From contig NC_090601.1 in assembly GCF_000497125.1 (NCBI RefSeq), positions 1,240,001 to 1,304,000 on the forward strand: 64,000 nucleotides of DNA, given 5' to 3'. Of this stretch, positions 1 through 12,906 are shown piece by piece (the first letter of the stretch is position 1; every line of letters begins with the position of its first letter). The position numbers and the translations under genes were made by a program. Source of the DNA: Spironucleus salmonicida. Lineage: Eukaryota. The notes beneath the pieces are model-generated. The model ran no database searches, was not told the DNA's origin, and saw only the letters and a list, made by a program, of their open reading frames with translations.

Positions 1-85
1 CTTGTGCGAGCTAGAAGTCGCTGAAGCTGTTGTAGAAGCGCATTTTCTGATTGAAATTTAGCTTCATTCCGAGCGTTCGCACCGC

Positions 86-910
86 TCAGCAGCTCAGTTC
101 CTCGTCGATTAGCATGTTCTGCTGAGCGACCTTGCTCACCTGGCATACCTGCTGGTAACTTACGTCATACTCGCTGCACTTGTCGCGAACGAAGCCCGAG
201 ATACGCTCCCCACGCGATTTCGCGGCTGCCAGTAGTGCAGCCAGTCCCTATTCGAACGCTGTAACACCGATAAGCTTCTCGTCCTTAACCAGCGAGTGTA
301 GCGTCCTGCTAGCACGGCCCAGCAGGTATACCAGCCGTGAATGGTCGTTCGGGCCGTCCAGAGGCGTCTCGGGGCGTGAGTTTCCCAGCATTGATTCGTC
401 TAGCTGATTAGCTAGTACCTCTATTACGTTCAGCGGCCCCGGCCGGCACACCTGAAAATCTAGGGTTTCTAGGACCAAAGTTTCCGTGTTTAGGAGCTAT
501 TTTGCGGTGATATTGAAGGATTTCAAGATTGATCGCGCGATTCCTGTAGAGGCCTCTGTTTTCGCTGCAATATCGTAGACTATGGCGGCTGCGAATGTAT
601 AATTGTCAGATTTTGGAACTTCGAATGCTGGATGCTTGTAGATTGAAGTTAACTTCGAGAGTAATGAGTCAAATAGTGAGATTGCACGTAAATCCACTGA
701 GGGGGAGAAGTTTTTTTAGATAGTCACCTGGTGAAACCAGTCGATTAATTGGACACGTAACTACGGCTTAAAATGATCAGTTTATGTTGTTTTAAAATAG
801 TTTGGATGCGCTGTCTAAATCTATGCCTATTTAAGTATATAAATAGCCTGTTCTTTTTCGTAAGGGTTAAATACAGACGACGAAAACCCCAACTCATATT
901 ATTCCTGCAT
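86..910 (-). CDS. Cyclin (cyclin-box protein), 274 aa
   Basis: Code-6 ORF MQEQYELG...EELSC*. QLRVQLIDWFHQV..SVDLRAISLFDSLL matches the cyclin box (MRAILIDWL..V..A+.L.DRFL); ETLVLETLDFQVCRPGP matches the E..IL..L.F....PTP helix. Confidence 0.85.
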
Positions 911-967
911 TCGAAAGGAAGTAAAATATTAGAAATTATATGGTACAAATATATAAAATTATCGATT

Positions 968-2935
968 TCACTCTACATCAGCCTTTTTATCGCTGACTTC
1001 TGCGTCATCATCCATTAAAAGAGCTTTCTCTTCATCAGATTTCTAAGTTTTCTTTTAGCTGCAAACAACACCAAACCAGACTATGAAACCAAGGATAAGA
1101 GTCGCAGATGGGATTCCAATAGCCATACCAATGTATAAATCATTTCCACTCCAAACACATTATCTCCCAATTAATTTAAAACCATTAGAACATTTTGTGC
1201 ATGTTTTGTCGAAATTATCAGGACATATATCGCAATAAATACCTGCAAAGAAATCTTCGCATATACAGCTTCCACTTTAGCAGGATCCATGATTACATGC
1301 CATATCGTTCTCTAAGCATCCATAACTAAGCGTTTCTGCCCAAATATTAGGGAAAATATTGTAATAACCTTCCGGTTATTTTTTAGCCTACGTAGAAAAA
1401 TCAAAAGGAGGAATTTCCGACTTTCCACCTTATATCGCACCAACAACAAAGTCAAATACTAAAGCATGTGCTTACAGTAAGTTAACAGTCTTAGAATCCG
1501 TGGCACCCATCAAAGAACTTTCACGATGAGTTACCTCAAAATCACGTAAATCATAGCGAGAAGAGATAGATTATCCAGGATCTTAATTAGAACATGAATC
1601 ATGCTTATAATCATTATAGCGCATAAAACTCTTAAATTCTTCGTAGTTATATACTTTATGTAATTATTTAAATGCAATACAATATCTTGAAGAACGGTTG
1701 TAGCTCCAATAGTCTTCATTTTTAGCATTATAGCCTGCTAATTCAAGAAGGTCCTCATTTGTAGGAACATTAATTGATATATAAAATTTTTATTCTAATA
1801 GAGTGTCAGTGGCATCCCAGAACATTGGACTCGTAGGAACTACTTCTAATGTATAAAGGAGAGATAAATCATGTGATTTAACATAATTAAACCGGTCGCG
1901 CTAATTAGTAGCAGAATCTTTCATTTCCTAAATTGCTAAATAGTCTAAGAACAAATAGTTATTATTATAAGTATATGATGGCTCCGTATTAAATGATTAG
2001 TTCCATTATTATGGTGTCATTGACTGTAAATTGCTTAACTAACATCTAAGCCAAGTAAGGGCAGACTAGTTACCAAATTTATCCATAGAAGAGAATAATT
2101 CCTCATTGAATGTATGATATGTAGTTTCAAGAACTGCTATATTGTTTGAGGCTGTCTCATTAGTGTTTTTAATGACATAAAAATCATCAATAGAAAAGAA
2201 CACACCAGGCATTGAGCTAAAAGTAATGTTCTACTGTTAAGTATATTATAATTTCCAGTTAAAATTGTAAGTTTTAGCTATTCTGACAAAACCTGAGTAG
2301 AAAGAAGTCCATGTATCATGACTGAACCATGCATCGTCAAGTTCAGGAGAAAGTACAATAGCAGCAGAACAATGGTGTTATTAACCTTTTTCAATTTTCC
2401 ACTTAAACTGATCATAAGTTTCTGGATATAAGCCTTCAATATCTTCTAGATCCCCTTAAGCGTTCATCATAAAAATATCAACCATGGTTATTTAAGGATA
2501 TTTTTACTAAACACCCTTTGTGATTCCTTCTAACCAATCATTAATGATAAGGCTAACACCTTACCACCATAAATTATCTGGATTCATAACGGATTTTTCT
2601 TGTAAATACTTTATATTAGTATTTGCATAGTCTATATAAATCTAGTTCCAGTTGGCATTTTTATCATCATATTAATCATTTTTAATATTAAACAAATGGG
2701 CTTATATTAAATCAGCTGTTGCATAACCCTCAGCATATCCTCCGAAATAAGCCTAGTCTTTAGATGTAAACTATTTTCTAGTTTAAACCAAAAGTTCCCA
2801 ACGAGCAGATGTTTCGTTCAAATCATTCAATACGACAGATGCAATACTATCCTAGTTATAAATATTGGAAATAATAACGTTATCTCTGGCACCACTGAAA
2901 GAATACTACATAGCTTTAGCTAGTACCACTAACAT
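968..2935 (-). CDS. Phospholipase B-like (PLBD, Ntn-hydrolase) with C-terminal EGF-like Cys-rich segment and transmembrane helix, 655 aa
   Basis: Motifs QAYFGGYAEG, HCSAAIV..DAWFSHDTWTSF, ITFSSMPGVFFSIDDFY, VLETT. Followed by CNHGSC..CICEDFFAGIYC, a TM (IGMAIGIPSATLILGFIVWFGVVC) and stop GAG-TGA. Confidence 0.9.
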
Positions 2936-3086
2936 TATCAAAGATTTAGTCTCTCCTATTACTATTTTATATTATAAATAAATATATCAAAATTCATTAT
3001 AAATATTATATTATATATAATATAATATTCATAATTTTATTTTGATTTATCCAAAAGTTATTAGTAGTTTCTCGCAGATAAAACAG

Positions 3087-4223
3087 TCATTTCCTCCACG
3101 CCCTCTTAGTTGCATACCTAGTCCTACCAATAGCCCAATTTAACAATACCATTCCTTCCCATACACATTGATATCTTGGCAGCCTCCATTTTTCATTACC
3201 ACGTCCCCTTTACTACAAAATTTCTTAATAAAATACTGTGTTAGGGCCACTAGTTGCAAGAGGCAATTTTTTTCGTAAAAACTATCTTACAGCACCTCTA
3301 TCGCTCAGTCTGACCACCTTATCTGCCCCTGGCAAGCAAAATAATCTCCCAAATCCAACCAAGTTGCACTATTTTAAATCTAGAGCATTCTAGCCCTCCT
3401 AGATGCTATAAAACCCACCTGTTGCACAAACAAGACATTATAGTTTCTTTTCCATCAAAGCCTCTGAGAATTCAGCAGAATATCGCTTCTTATGATTCTC
3501 TATAAGTTTCAGTGGTTCTGAGTAACTACCAGCACTCATCTCAACAAAATCAACGTCGTTTTGAATTTTTTCTATGAATGGAACAGAGAATGCATTTGAA
3601 TTCAATTTCACACTAAATATTTTATTCTTTGGAACGTTTTCTCTACAGCTTTAGAATATTTTATCAGCGAATTCCGGACAGTTTTCAACACAATCAGCAC
3701 CCAAATATCCATGAGCGAAGTGAAGTTATACTCCATCAAACCCGCATTTCAACGCGATCTGGCATGCCTCCGAGAACTGCTCAATTACATAATTTCTAGG
3801 CGGTTCTAGGGTGCTTGGGAACATGAACATACCATTTTTAACAGGTTTGAATCCATAAACATGGCTAGGAAACAGAATTTTTGGTGTTTAAGAACCAGAA
3901 TGTGAGATTTAAGCGATAATCGGTGTCGTGGTCGACGCTTTATATTATTTTATCATTCTTTTAAGGTTTCTGATTGTTAGGGTTGAATGCGTTTTGTCAC
4001 GAGATGAAAAATAAATTTGGTTATGTTCAGCCCGGCCATCTCTAGAGACTGCTATATGACCACTAATTAAAAGTCCTATTTATCTGTTTTGAGCAATTTT
4101 CTTATATAGTGTAGAGTACTCCTCATGAGGAGCTCCTGCACTATCAGCTAATCGTTCAGATGTCGCAGATTTAATGTATGGTTTTTAAATAACTATTTTA
4201 GAAACTGGGAGAGTGATTGTCAT
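3087..4223 (-). CDS. NADH:flavin oxidoreductase / Old Yellow Enzyme family, 378 aa
   Basis: KSATSERLAD, GLLISGHIAV, IIAQISHSG, GFDGVQLHFAHGYL, VDFVEMSAGSY and GFGR motifs. Confidence 0.9.
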
Positions 4224-4350
4224 TGCAAGGCGGAGTAGAATAAAAGATAAAAACGATTATAATATATATAAACTTGGGTTAGTGAAAGTGAGAATAATAA
4301 TAGTTCATATAATTATATTATGCTAGAATAAAATAATAATTTATTGCAAA

Positions 4351-6561
4351 TCATGAGATTTCAAATTTAAAATATTAACCAATTTACACGTATTTTACTT
4401 TATTAATTCCCCTTATATTCTTAATTTCTTCTTTAGCATTTCCTTTAGCTAGGTATTTGCCAATTTTGATACCCCCTTTGAAAATACTACAGTCTTCTAC
4501 CTCAATAGTAAACTTATACATTATCTTTGATATATTTTAAATGGTTACAGCCGATATAACTTTATGGATATCAAATGAGATTTCACATAACATCTCTTGT
4601 ATAAGTATTGATATATTTGGTATTTATTTATCGAAAATCAATTGAATATATTCATTATTCAGTTATTTTAAAATAATTTATTTAACTACACTTAAATCTT
4701 TACAAAAGTATCCCATTTTTTGATAGTAATACTCCTTAAACTAATTACAATCAGGCAAATTAAATTCATTGTCCCTAACATGGTCATGTAGTAAAATATC
4801 TGGAGCATTTAAATAAAGGTTTGTTTACGATGTCAAGTTCCAAGTAAAGTCTATATTATAGTAGTTCTTATTTATTTCTTAAATAATCCATGAATGAGGC
4901 CTCGATCCTCCAAACCCTATCACCTATATAGTTTTTAAGCCTAATATATCACATAGAAATTTATAGGCACATGCAATGCCTTAACAAACGCATTTTCTAT
5001 CTATTAAACAACCAATAACTGAATGTTCATATAATAATTAACTTGATCTCTCAATGTTACGTTCGTTATATTACACATTTTTATGAATAAAGTTTTAAAA
5101 AAATTCTGAAAATTAAAATTTTTGTTACTTAAACTGTTAGATTAAAGTATCTGCAATACTAAATAAATGTTTTTGAGTCTATTCTATGTTTGAGTTTTAA
5201 TTCTTGATAATTTCTATGCTAGTAATACAGTTATTTTAAATTTCAAATTTACTTATATATATATAAAATAGCTCCGGATAGTCTAATTAGATAACTTTTT
5301 ATAATATTTTTAGATCATTTTCAACTACTTTTAAGTTTAAAGGAATTTTAATTTATGGAGTTATTGTTATAGCTGAAGAAATAATTAAATTAAGAATATT
5401 TACTTGATTTTTGCTTAAAAATTATGTGTAATATCTAAACCCATTAGTAATTCTGCAAGTACCTTTACTAATAATTTTATTTATAGTCACATTAAAAACA
5501 AAATAAAACCCTGAATCTTGCCATTTCAATGCCGAATTTGTTTAATATTTAGCATCATAATTTTATAATTGTTGCATAATAATATTCTTTGCCGTATGAT
5601 TTTCTGAGACAATAGGCCGTTAGCTATTAAAATCGATATTAATATTATTCGCATCAAAAAATTATACACTTTGCTAAACAAAAACTAATTATAAATAATA
5701 ATTTTTAACTGAATATGACTATAACTCAAACAACTGATCTTATTTTTTGTATTATTAATACGCAGCGTACTGTATATCTTTTATTATCTACTTGATTTAG
5801 TCTCTTATTTTAGGAAATATCAAAAGTGTTGTATTGCATTAATAATTTATTTTATAAACATCTTCATTTTGTATAAGTAATTAATTTGTTACTATTGGAG
5901 AATTATACCCAATAAACTAACTTACTTAGAACTAGTCTGATTTCCATTAAAACATATTTTAATGAATGAATTGTTAGAGTAAATTCTAAACCATAAAGAA
6001 TCCTTACTATTGCTAGCTATTAATTTATATTGAATCTAAATATGGTATTGATAATTAATATTAACGATTTATAATCGAAACTACGGCAAAAATATCAATA
6101 TTTTAATATCCAATAGTCACAACAGTTGCAGGGATATTTTTCTGATGTAAACCATATGTAAATGCTTAAGCAGAATTTAAAGCATTTCCTTAAAAGCTAA
6201 GCAATGTGCTAATATCTAGACTGGAGGAAAACTATTTTACCTAACCCGTGATATATTCATATAAACTCTAAGGAGAAAGGTTTGATAAAATACTTAGTAT
6301 TTCTTTATGCCGTTTTTCATCTAAACATCTAAAACTGACTTATGTCTCTTTATTGGATTGTCTAATTTATTAAGGAATGAATAAAGAATGCTCTGGAAAA
6401 TCAGAAAAATATTCATTAAATATCTCTTTAACCTAAAGCTCAGTTATTTTCTGGTTGAAAGAGAAATATACAGGCCGGTCCTATTCGACAAAATATTCAT
6501 TCAACTATCTCAAATATTCTTTGTTCTGTGAGCCCTAATACGTAAGTCTCAAATTCATCAT
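4351..6561 (-). CDS. Transglutaminase-like (Cys-His-Asp) domain protein, 736 aa
   Basis: Frame checked free of TGA. C-terminal part has GCLIDRKCVCQGIACAYKFLCDILG, RPHSWII and YYNIDFTWN, matching the VCxGYA / HAWN / DxTW transglutaminase-like pattern. Confidence 0.8.
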
Positions 6562-6618
6562 TTTTTCGGTCAAATGTTTGGTTATTATATAATATGTACA
6601 AATATAAGTATCCTCTAT

Positions 6619-8061
6619 ATGAACGTATCAATCGGCTTATTGGGCCACGTCGATTCGGGAAAAACAGCACTAGCCCGTGCCCTTTCAACGACGCTATCCA
6701 CTGCTGCACTTGACAAGCATCCAGAATCGCAGCGGCGTGGTATTACGCTCGACATCGGAATCTCACAATTCGATATGGAGGATTTCCACATAACGGTAGT
6801 AGACTGCCCTGGGCACGCATCTTTCCTAAAAACTGTTTTAGCTGGAGCGTCGATCATACAGGCCCTCCTGCTGCTTGTGGACCTCTCAAAAGGGCCTTAA
6901 ATCCAGACGGTCGAGGCGCTCATCATCGCAGAAGCGCTGGGTCTACCTGTTCTGGCAGTGCTAAACAAGGCGGACCTACACGCAGATAACGCCTAGAAAA
7001 CGCAGCAGAGCATCGAGGCGCTGGCAGCGAAGATAGGGCTCAAAAATATCGCCTTTTGCACAGCAGCAGCTGCCAAAAGCGAAGTTTCCGAAGTTAAAAT
7101 CGCACTGCTCGAGCTGCTGAATGGCATGAAAGACAGCGTCCTAGCACTCTACGCGCAGCTGAAGACACGCCCGCTGTTATTAAACTTCGACCACACGTTC
7201 CCACAGAAAGCAGGCACCATCCTCACGGGGACGCTCATCTAGGGCGTCCTGTCACCTGGAACGCTGGTACAGATCTCCCCGGGTTCCACGATCCACAATG
7301 GCGTTTTCACTTCTTTTCCAATCAAATCTATCCAGAAATTCAAAAAAGGAGTAGAAACCGCCTTTCCGGGCGACCGCGTGGGGGTTCAGATTGCAGGTGT
7401 GCAGGTACCGTCTGAGCGCGGGATTTTGTGCCAGAGCATGACCAAAATTCGCACCGTTTATGCGACCATCCGCATGCTCAAAAGCTACAAAAACGGAGTT
7501 TCAATGGGGCAGATTTTCAGCGTGAACCTGGGGGCTCTGCAGGTCAAGGCGCGTTTATTCGTGGCCGGGGTCGTTAAAAAGAAGATGATGAATAAAATGC
7601 TGGATAACGCATATAAGCCGAAGTAAGAATTCGACGGAATTATCATTTTTGAAGAAGAAATTGACTTTGTAGATTCTGGGAAAATTCTTGGTGTTCGCAC
7701 GGATTTCTGCGCTAAAACCAACCAGAGCACCAGTAGGATCGCGTTTGTGGGGTAAATTTGCAGTGTCAGCGCCTAGATTGTGAGTTCGATTTAATACGAG
7801 TAGGATAGAAAGTACACTTGTGTTATTGACAAAGTGGTTGGGGGGAAGCTTGTTATTAAGAAAATTGATGGAATTGGTGAGAAAACTGCGGTTGGAATGA
7901 CTGTGTATTAGGGGTCCAAAGAGGTAGGTGTAGTTGAGAGGGAGTTTGGGCAAGGGAAGTGGAAAGCTGATATCACAGAAGAGTATAATAGTGTTATTTA
8001 GGAAGAAATATGGATTGGAGAGAGTGTTTTGGCCGAATGGAAAACAGGGTTTGAGCAATGA
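6619..8061 (+). CDS. EEFSEC: Selenocysteine-specific translation elongation factor (eEFSec/SelB), 480 aa
   Basis: MNVSIGLLGHVDSGKTALARALS..LDKHPESQRRGITLDIG, VDCPGHASFLKTVLAGASII, LNKAD, FDHTF..AGTILTGT, C-terminal GVVEREFGQGKWK. These are eukaryotic eEFSec signatures rather than EF1A. Confidence 0.92.
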
Positions 8062-8357
8062 TGGGTTTATGTTGCTATTTAAATTGTGAAAACGAATTTA
8101 AAATAAATTTTAGAATGGTATTCTGTGCTAAAAACGAATTTAATTTCAATTCTCCCAATTATATAGAAAACTAATGTTTTTCCATAAACAATTTAATTTA
8201 TATTATGAATTATTTAAGCTGTCAGCCGATTAGGTAAATTTTCCATTTATGTTTATAAATAAATAGATCAATCTATACTATCTTTATTATTCTTTCTATT
8301 TCACAATAAAATAAAATAATACTAGTAGTATAAGTATAAAATTACTTAGTCTGTAGA

Positions 8358-8798
8358 ATGATCAAGTCAAAGTATTAATAGCTAGCTCGAGTGAAAGGAG
8401 CTATGCACCATCAGTAACAAGCTAATCAGACCAAACTATCAACAGACTGGAAAGCATTCTAATTAAACGATGATGGTTAAGAATCCTAAGATTCATAAAG
8501 TATTAAGGTTGTAATTTCGATTGACTATACAAATGAACATGCTAGCTTAAAAAATAATATAGAAAATATGAGTAACTCTTTTGAAGTAAGCTGCGAATTT
8601 GGTAGATTAGCATGCCTATCAGGGAAAGTTAAATAGTAAACATAAATTGCAAAAGATCTTAGACGAAAAGTCAATAGTCTGTAATTAAAATAACAACGAC
8701 TATAAGAATCTATTATATCCAATCATCAAAGTTAAAAGATTATTTATGAGGAATTTGGGTTTCTACGGAAGTTTTTATCATAATCAGTAGATTTCTGA
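8358..8798 (+). CDS. Hypothetical protein, 146 aa
   Basis: Code-6 ORF MIKSKYQQLARVKG...SVDF*. An upstream in-frame ATG lies in AT-rich DNA, so the start is uncertain. Confidence 0.55.
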
Positions 8799-8860
8799 GA
8801 TTTAGTTTTGATATTCTTATAACATATTTGCAAAATTCAATTTTACTATCTCATTCATTA

Positions 8861-9100
8861 TCATTTACTCCCATGATATTATTCCATGAACTCTTTTATT
8901 ATCATTTCGTTTAATTCCTAGTCATTATAAATATTTTATTTGTAATAGCTATCTTCATCGTCTAAATCACTATTTAAAATATTCTGAATATACTATTTTT
9001 AGAAGTATTTAGGATTAATAGAGTATTTTATATCAAATAACTTCTTAAGGAGATCATAATTTTTGACTGTTCGTCCAAACACATCAATTATATCGGTCAT
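8861..9100 (-). CDS. Small hypothetical protein, 79 aa
   Basis: MTDIIDVFGRTVKNYDLLKKLF...YHGSK*; protein-like composition with AT-rich TATA-like DNA upstream. Confidence 0.55.
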
Positions 9101-9222
9101 TTTACTAAGATTTGTATACAATGCTAATCAGTAATAATATTATTATACGTATATATAAGATAGTAATTTAGATAAAAATATTAATACACAGTATATATAT
9201 CATAAAACAAATAATATAGTTC

Positions 9223-10677
9223 TCATAATTCATCTTAAACAAGTCCAATATCAACCTCAGGATCAGCCAAATTCTTATCTAATATACCCTCATCGCTCAT
9301 CAAAAGTTCACCCAAAACAACTACAATCTAACTGAAAACGACATCACGATGTCCAAAACTCGCTTTCTTAAACACCAAATCAATGTCTAAATTGCTGTTA
9401 AATTCTGTTAAAAATTCACAAAAATGATCATAATTAAGTTTTTACAGATTCAAAGAGTCGTATTTCTTAAATTGCTAAGTGAACTTAGAAAGTTTCTAAA
9501 TATGTTAATTAAGTTTCTTTAACGTAAGAACATTGAAAAAATCCTACAAAGAGCAACTCTGTTATTCTTTAAAAATAATATTTAAACTATCTAATTCGTC
9601 GAAGTCTCTGGTAATTAGCATATTTAAAAGTTCATTTTTAGTATACTTGCCGTCATTTTTAACTGGTTTCACACCATTCACTTATTTTATGCCAGTTTCT
9701 TCATATTTACTAATCATGAACTTGAAAAATTCATCAATTTCCGTTCCCAATTCAGCTTTGAAAATCCTGCAGATTGCGTTATTTTATGAATAAAACCCAA
9801 CACTCGCAGCAAATTTTTAAGGCTAATTTGATGTTCTTATACCAATTTTTCCAAATTTCTAAGTAAAAAAATCAGCAAGAAACTATCTTGCTGTTCCAAT
9901 TTATCTTCCCTAATTTTTTGCCACTACATCTTATTTTGCCTTCGCTGCCCATATTTCATTGATTTGAGCAATGGTTTGTTTTAGTGTTAAAACGGTATAA
10001 TTCGATTTTTTTGGCACAACTTTTGTCTAAGTCAACGTTAAATTGGCAGTATTTCGTTAGTTGAACTATCGCGTGAGGCCATCACAAATGGTGCACTAAT
10101 CTATCAGGATTTTATCAAAAACGTTTAGTTTGAGATCGAAATTCAGGCTGTTTTCAGTTGATTTTTATGAGTTTTCTTAAGTTTTTTTATGTAGATCTTG
10201 AAAGAAATCTTAGAAGATTTAGGTTGTTGATTGGTAGTATGTTAGATATAAGTCGAATGGGGAGGAGGGTATTAAAGAATTATGCTATTGCGATGAAAAA
10301 TTCTGTTATGATTATTAAGAATTTTAATTCTCAGCTGATGTGGGTGTTTCTGGAAGGATTTAAGATATTTGATCCATTAAAAATTGCCATATTTAAGCCG
10401 AAAAACCCGTACGCAGTGCTTTTACATGTGATAATGAGTCAATTTTGGTGAACTCTATTTGTAGAAAATCTGGATGTGGGATTGATGCATCCAACATATC
10501 TGAAAGTTGTAGAATGAACAGCTCAGTTGTCTGATTAACAAATTCCTGTATTTCCTCAGTTATTCTTATTCTGTTTAAATTAGTTGGGGGTAATTAAGAT
10601 AGAATCTCACCTGCAAAGTCAAATATCTCATCAGTTTCCTGTTTAAAAAGTGTTATTTCAGAATCGATGTCAGACAT
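9223..10677 (-). CDS. Hypothetical protein, 484 aa
   Basis: Long code-6 ORF MSDIDSEITLFKQETDE...VQDEL*; no family recognised. Confidence 0.75.
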
Positions 10678-10942
10678 TTTTCGATTGAAAAGATTACAAA
10701 CTAATGATACATTATATAATAATTATAAATAGTTCAAAATAGTTATAGAATTATTTTTATGTGAGAAAGAACTAAGCAGAATACTGAGAACACATAAACT
10801 TATATAATTTGCTATAGTATATATCAAGTTATCCCATTTTGTTAAAAATATAATTATTATACTAATGATCATAATAATAAAAAACTAGTTTTTAATTTCA
10901 AATATTAACTAGTATTTAGGAATAATTTACTAAATTTATAAA

Positions 10943-11602
10943 ATGTTTAGTATCATTAAAAATAAGGGCTTGTTATTTCCGGCATAGAACAATATTAAAA
11001 ATAGTAAGAAAAGCAAAAATATACTAAAATAGATAAATATAGTACAGACATCAGTTCAAACAAGTGCATGTCAGTCTGTATTAAATTTTTAGATTTAATA
11101 ATTAATTGATATTGATAAGGAGATAGTTTAACTGGAGAATACTACACTCCATTTATTAGAAGATCCTATACAAAAATAAAAACTGACATCTTTAAAATAA
11201 AGTTTATTTGTTCCATAATAGTAGATGAATTTATTGTAACAAAAGTAACCATTCGTCTCATCAAAAGATATGACCATTAATATTAAAGATATAATCATAT
11301 CAATGTATTTACCTCCTATTGAATAAAAATCTAATATAATAGACGAATATGAAGAATTAAATAGAACAGGAAAATATTGCTAAGCCAAAAAGTTATCAAT
11401 CTCTATACTACAAGATTTTATTATAAAAAACTTCTAAATATAAAAGTATTAAATCAAAACACACACATAAGCAGATAAATTATTCAAACCTATAAAACAT
11501 AAACAGAATTCAATTCTAATGTCAGTAGACCAAATTACTACAAATGTAGAAACTGAGCTATTTAAAGATAAGATGAGAAAAATAATACGCACCTAATACT
11601 GA
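10943..11602 (+). CDS. Orphan family member A (paralog of 17365-18081 and 18737-19453), 219 aa
   Basis: MFSIIKN start, INIKDIIISMYLPPIE and ADKLFK..KQNSIL..VETELFKDKMRK shared with the two downstream paralogs. Confidence 0.75.
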
Positions 11603-11851
11603 CTAAATCTGAAATACTATATTAAATATGTGCCTTACTTATTTCCAGTTTTATCACCTAAACATTTAAAGTCTTGTAAAAGTATCTTTTAATAAACATA
11701 TCTGTATAATGCTGTATTCACAATTATTTTAATTACTTATAAATGTAAATTTCTTCAGTAAATTCTATTATGAGTAGATATCCAGTAGTATTTATTTCTG
11801 ATCTACGTTTTTTCGTCACAAACCGACCCAATAGCATCAATAAATAAACCC

Positions 11852-12802
11852 TCACTTTGTAATCTTCACAATACCTAAAACCACCAATAGAAGCACTGCG
11901 AATCCAGCTATACCCAAAATTATCATACAACAAATGCATCCCTTGCTTGCTTTTCCAAGTTTATTTGCCTTTATCAGATTCTGCACTCCCGTTTACACGC
12001 ACTCACGCGATAGTGAAACACTATTTTCTATACTGGTAAGCTTCTCGCTTTATGCTTCAACTAGTGCTGAAAATTGCATTGTAAGTTCTAAAAGTTCAGC
12101 TGTTCCTTTTGCGAAGTCAACAGTCTGCTAGTGCTTCACCTACGCATCCTTTAAAATTTGTACAGCCTCTTGGTGTGTTGAAATCATGACGCTTTTGAGT
12201 CCATTCTCACCCTATGATACAGCTAGGTCGATATCATCGTCCGTAAGATCTGGTGAGAGGTACCTACACATTCTGCGTATTTTAGCCTCTAGTGCTTATT
12301 TTTGAGCAGCAGATGCATCTGAAAATTTTCTAGTCGCTGAAAGATATGTCTTTTGAGATGATTATAATAAAGCTTATTTCTATAAGAATGTCTGTGAAAA
12401 TTTCTAGTCACCTGACTAATTCGCATCTTCTAGTTCTTCTTAACGCTCAACTTAAATGATGTCGTTGAGCTCATCCAATATACGCCTAGCCTAGTCTAAA
12501 GATTGCATGCCTATGTTGTAAGCTTCCTACCGCTTTTCGTTCGTTTTTGAGTTTTCTTAATTGATTTCTAACGATAGCTACTGTCTAAATGAGTTTAATT
12601 CTGTGACTGAGTGATTTATTTTAGCTATGAGTTTCTTAAAATGATCAATTCTCTTTACAAACTCAATTAATGACTTTTTCTGTTCCTATGTCTAGGTCTA
12701 CATCTCTTCATCTGATGATTATGACTCTTCCTTTAACTCTAAATCCGGTGGTTTCCATTCGTCTAGTTATTTTATTTTGTTTACTGTTTTAAGTAGGTTC
12801 AT
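11852..12802 (-). CDS. Syntaxin (Qa-SNARE), 316 aa
   Basis: Helical Habc-like region, SNARE motif ELLELTMQFSALVEAQSEKLTSIENSV..GVQNLIKA, C-terminal TM CICCMIILGIAGFAVLLLVVLGIV. Confidence 0.88.
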
Positions 12803-12906
12803 TAACTAAACTAAAGATGGATAATATTTATATAAAATATAAGATATTTATATTCAATTTAGATTATATGTTAATATATCAATATACTAAATACTGGTTT
12901 TAATAA

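Noticed and set aside
8059-8260. Readthrough of the eEFSec TGA (frame stays open afterwards)
   Set aside because: Downstream DNA is AT-rich, non-homologous and open simply because only TGA stops.
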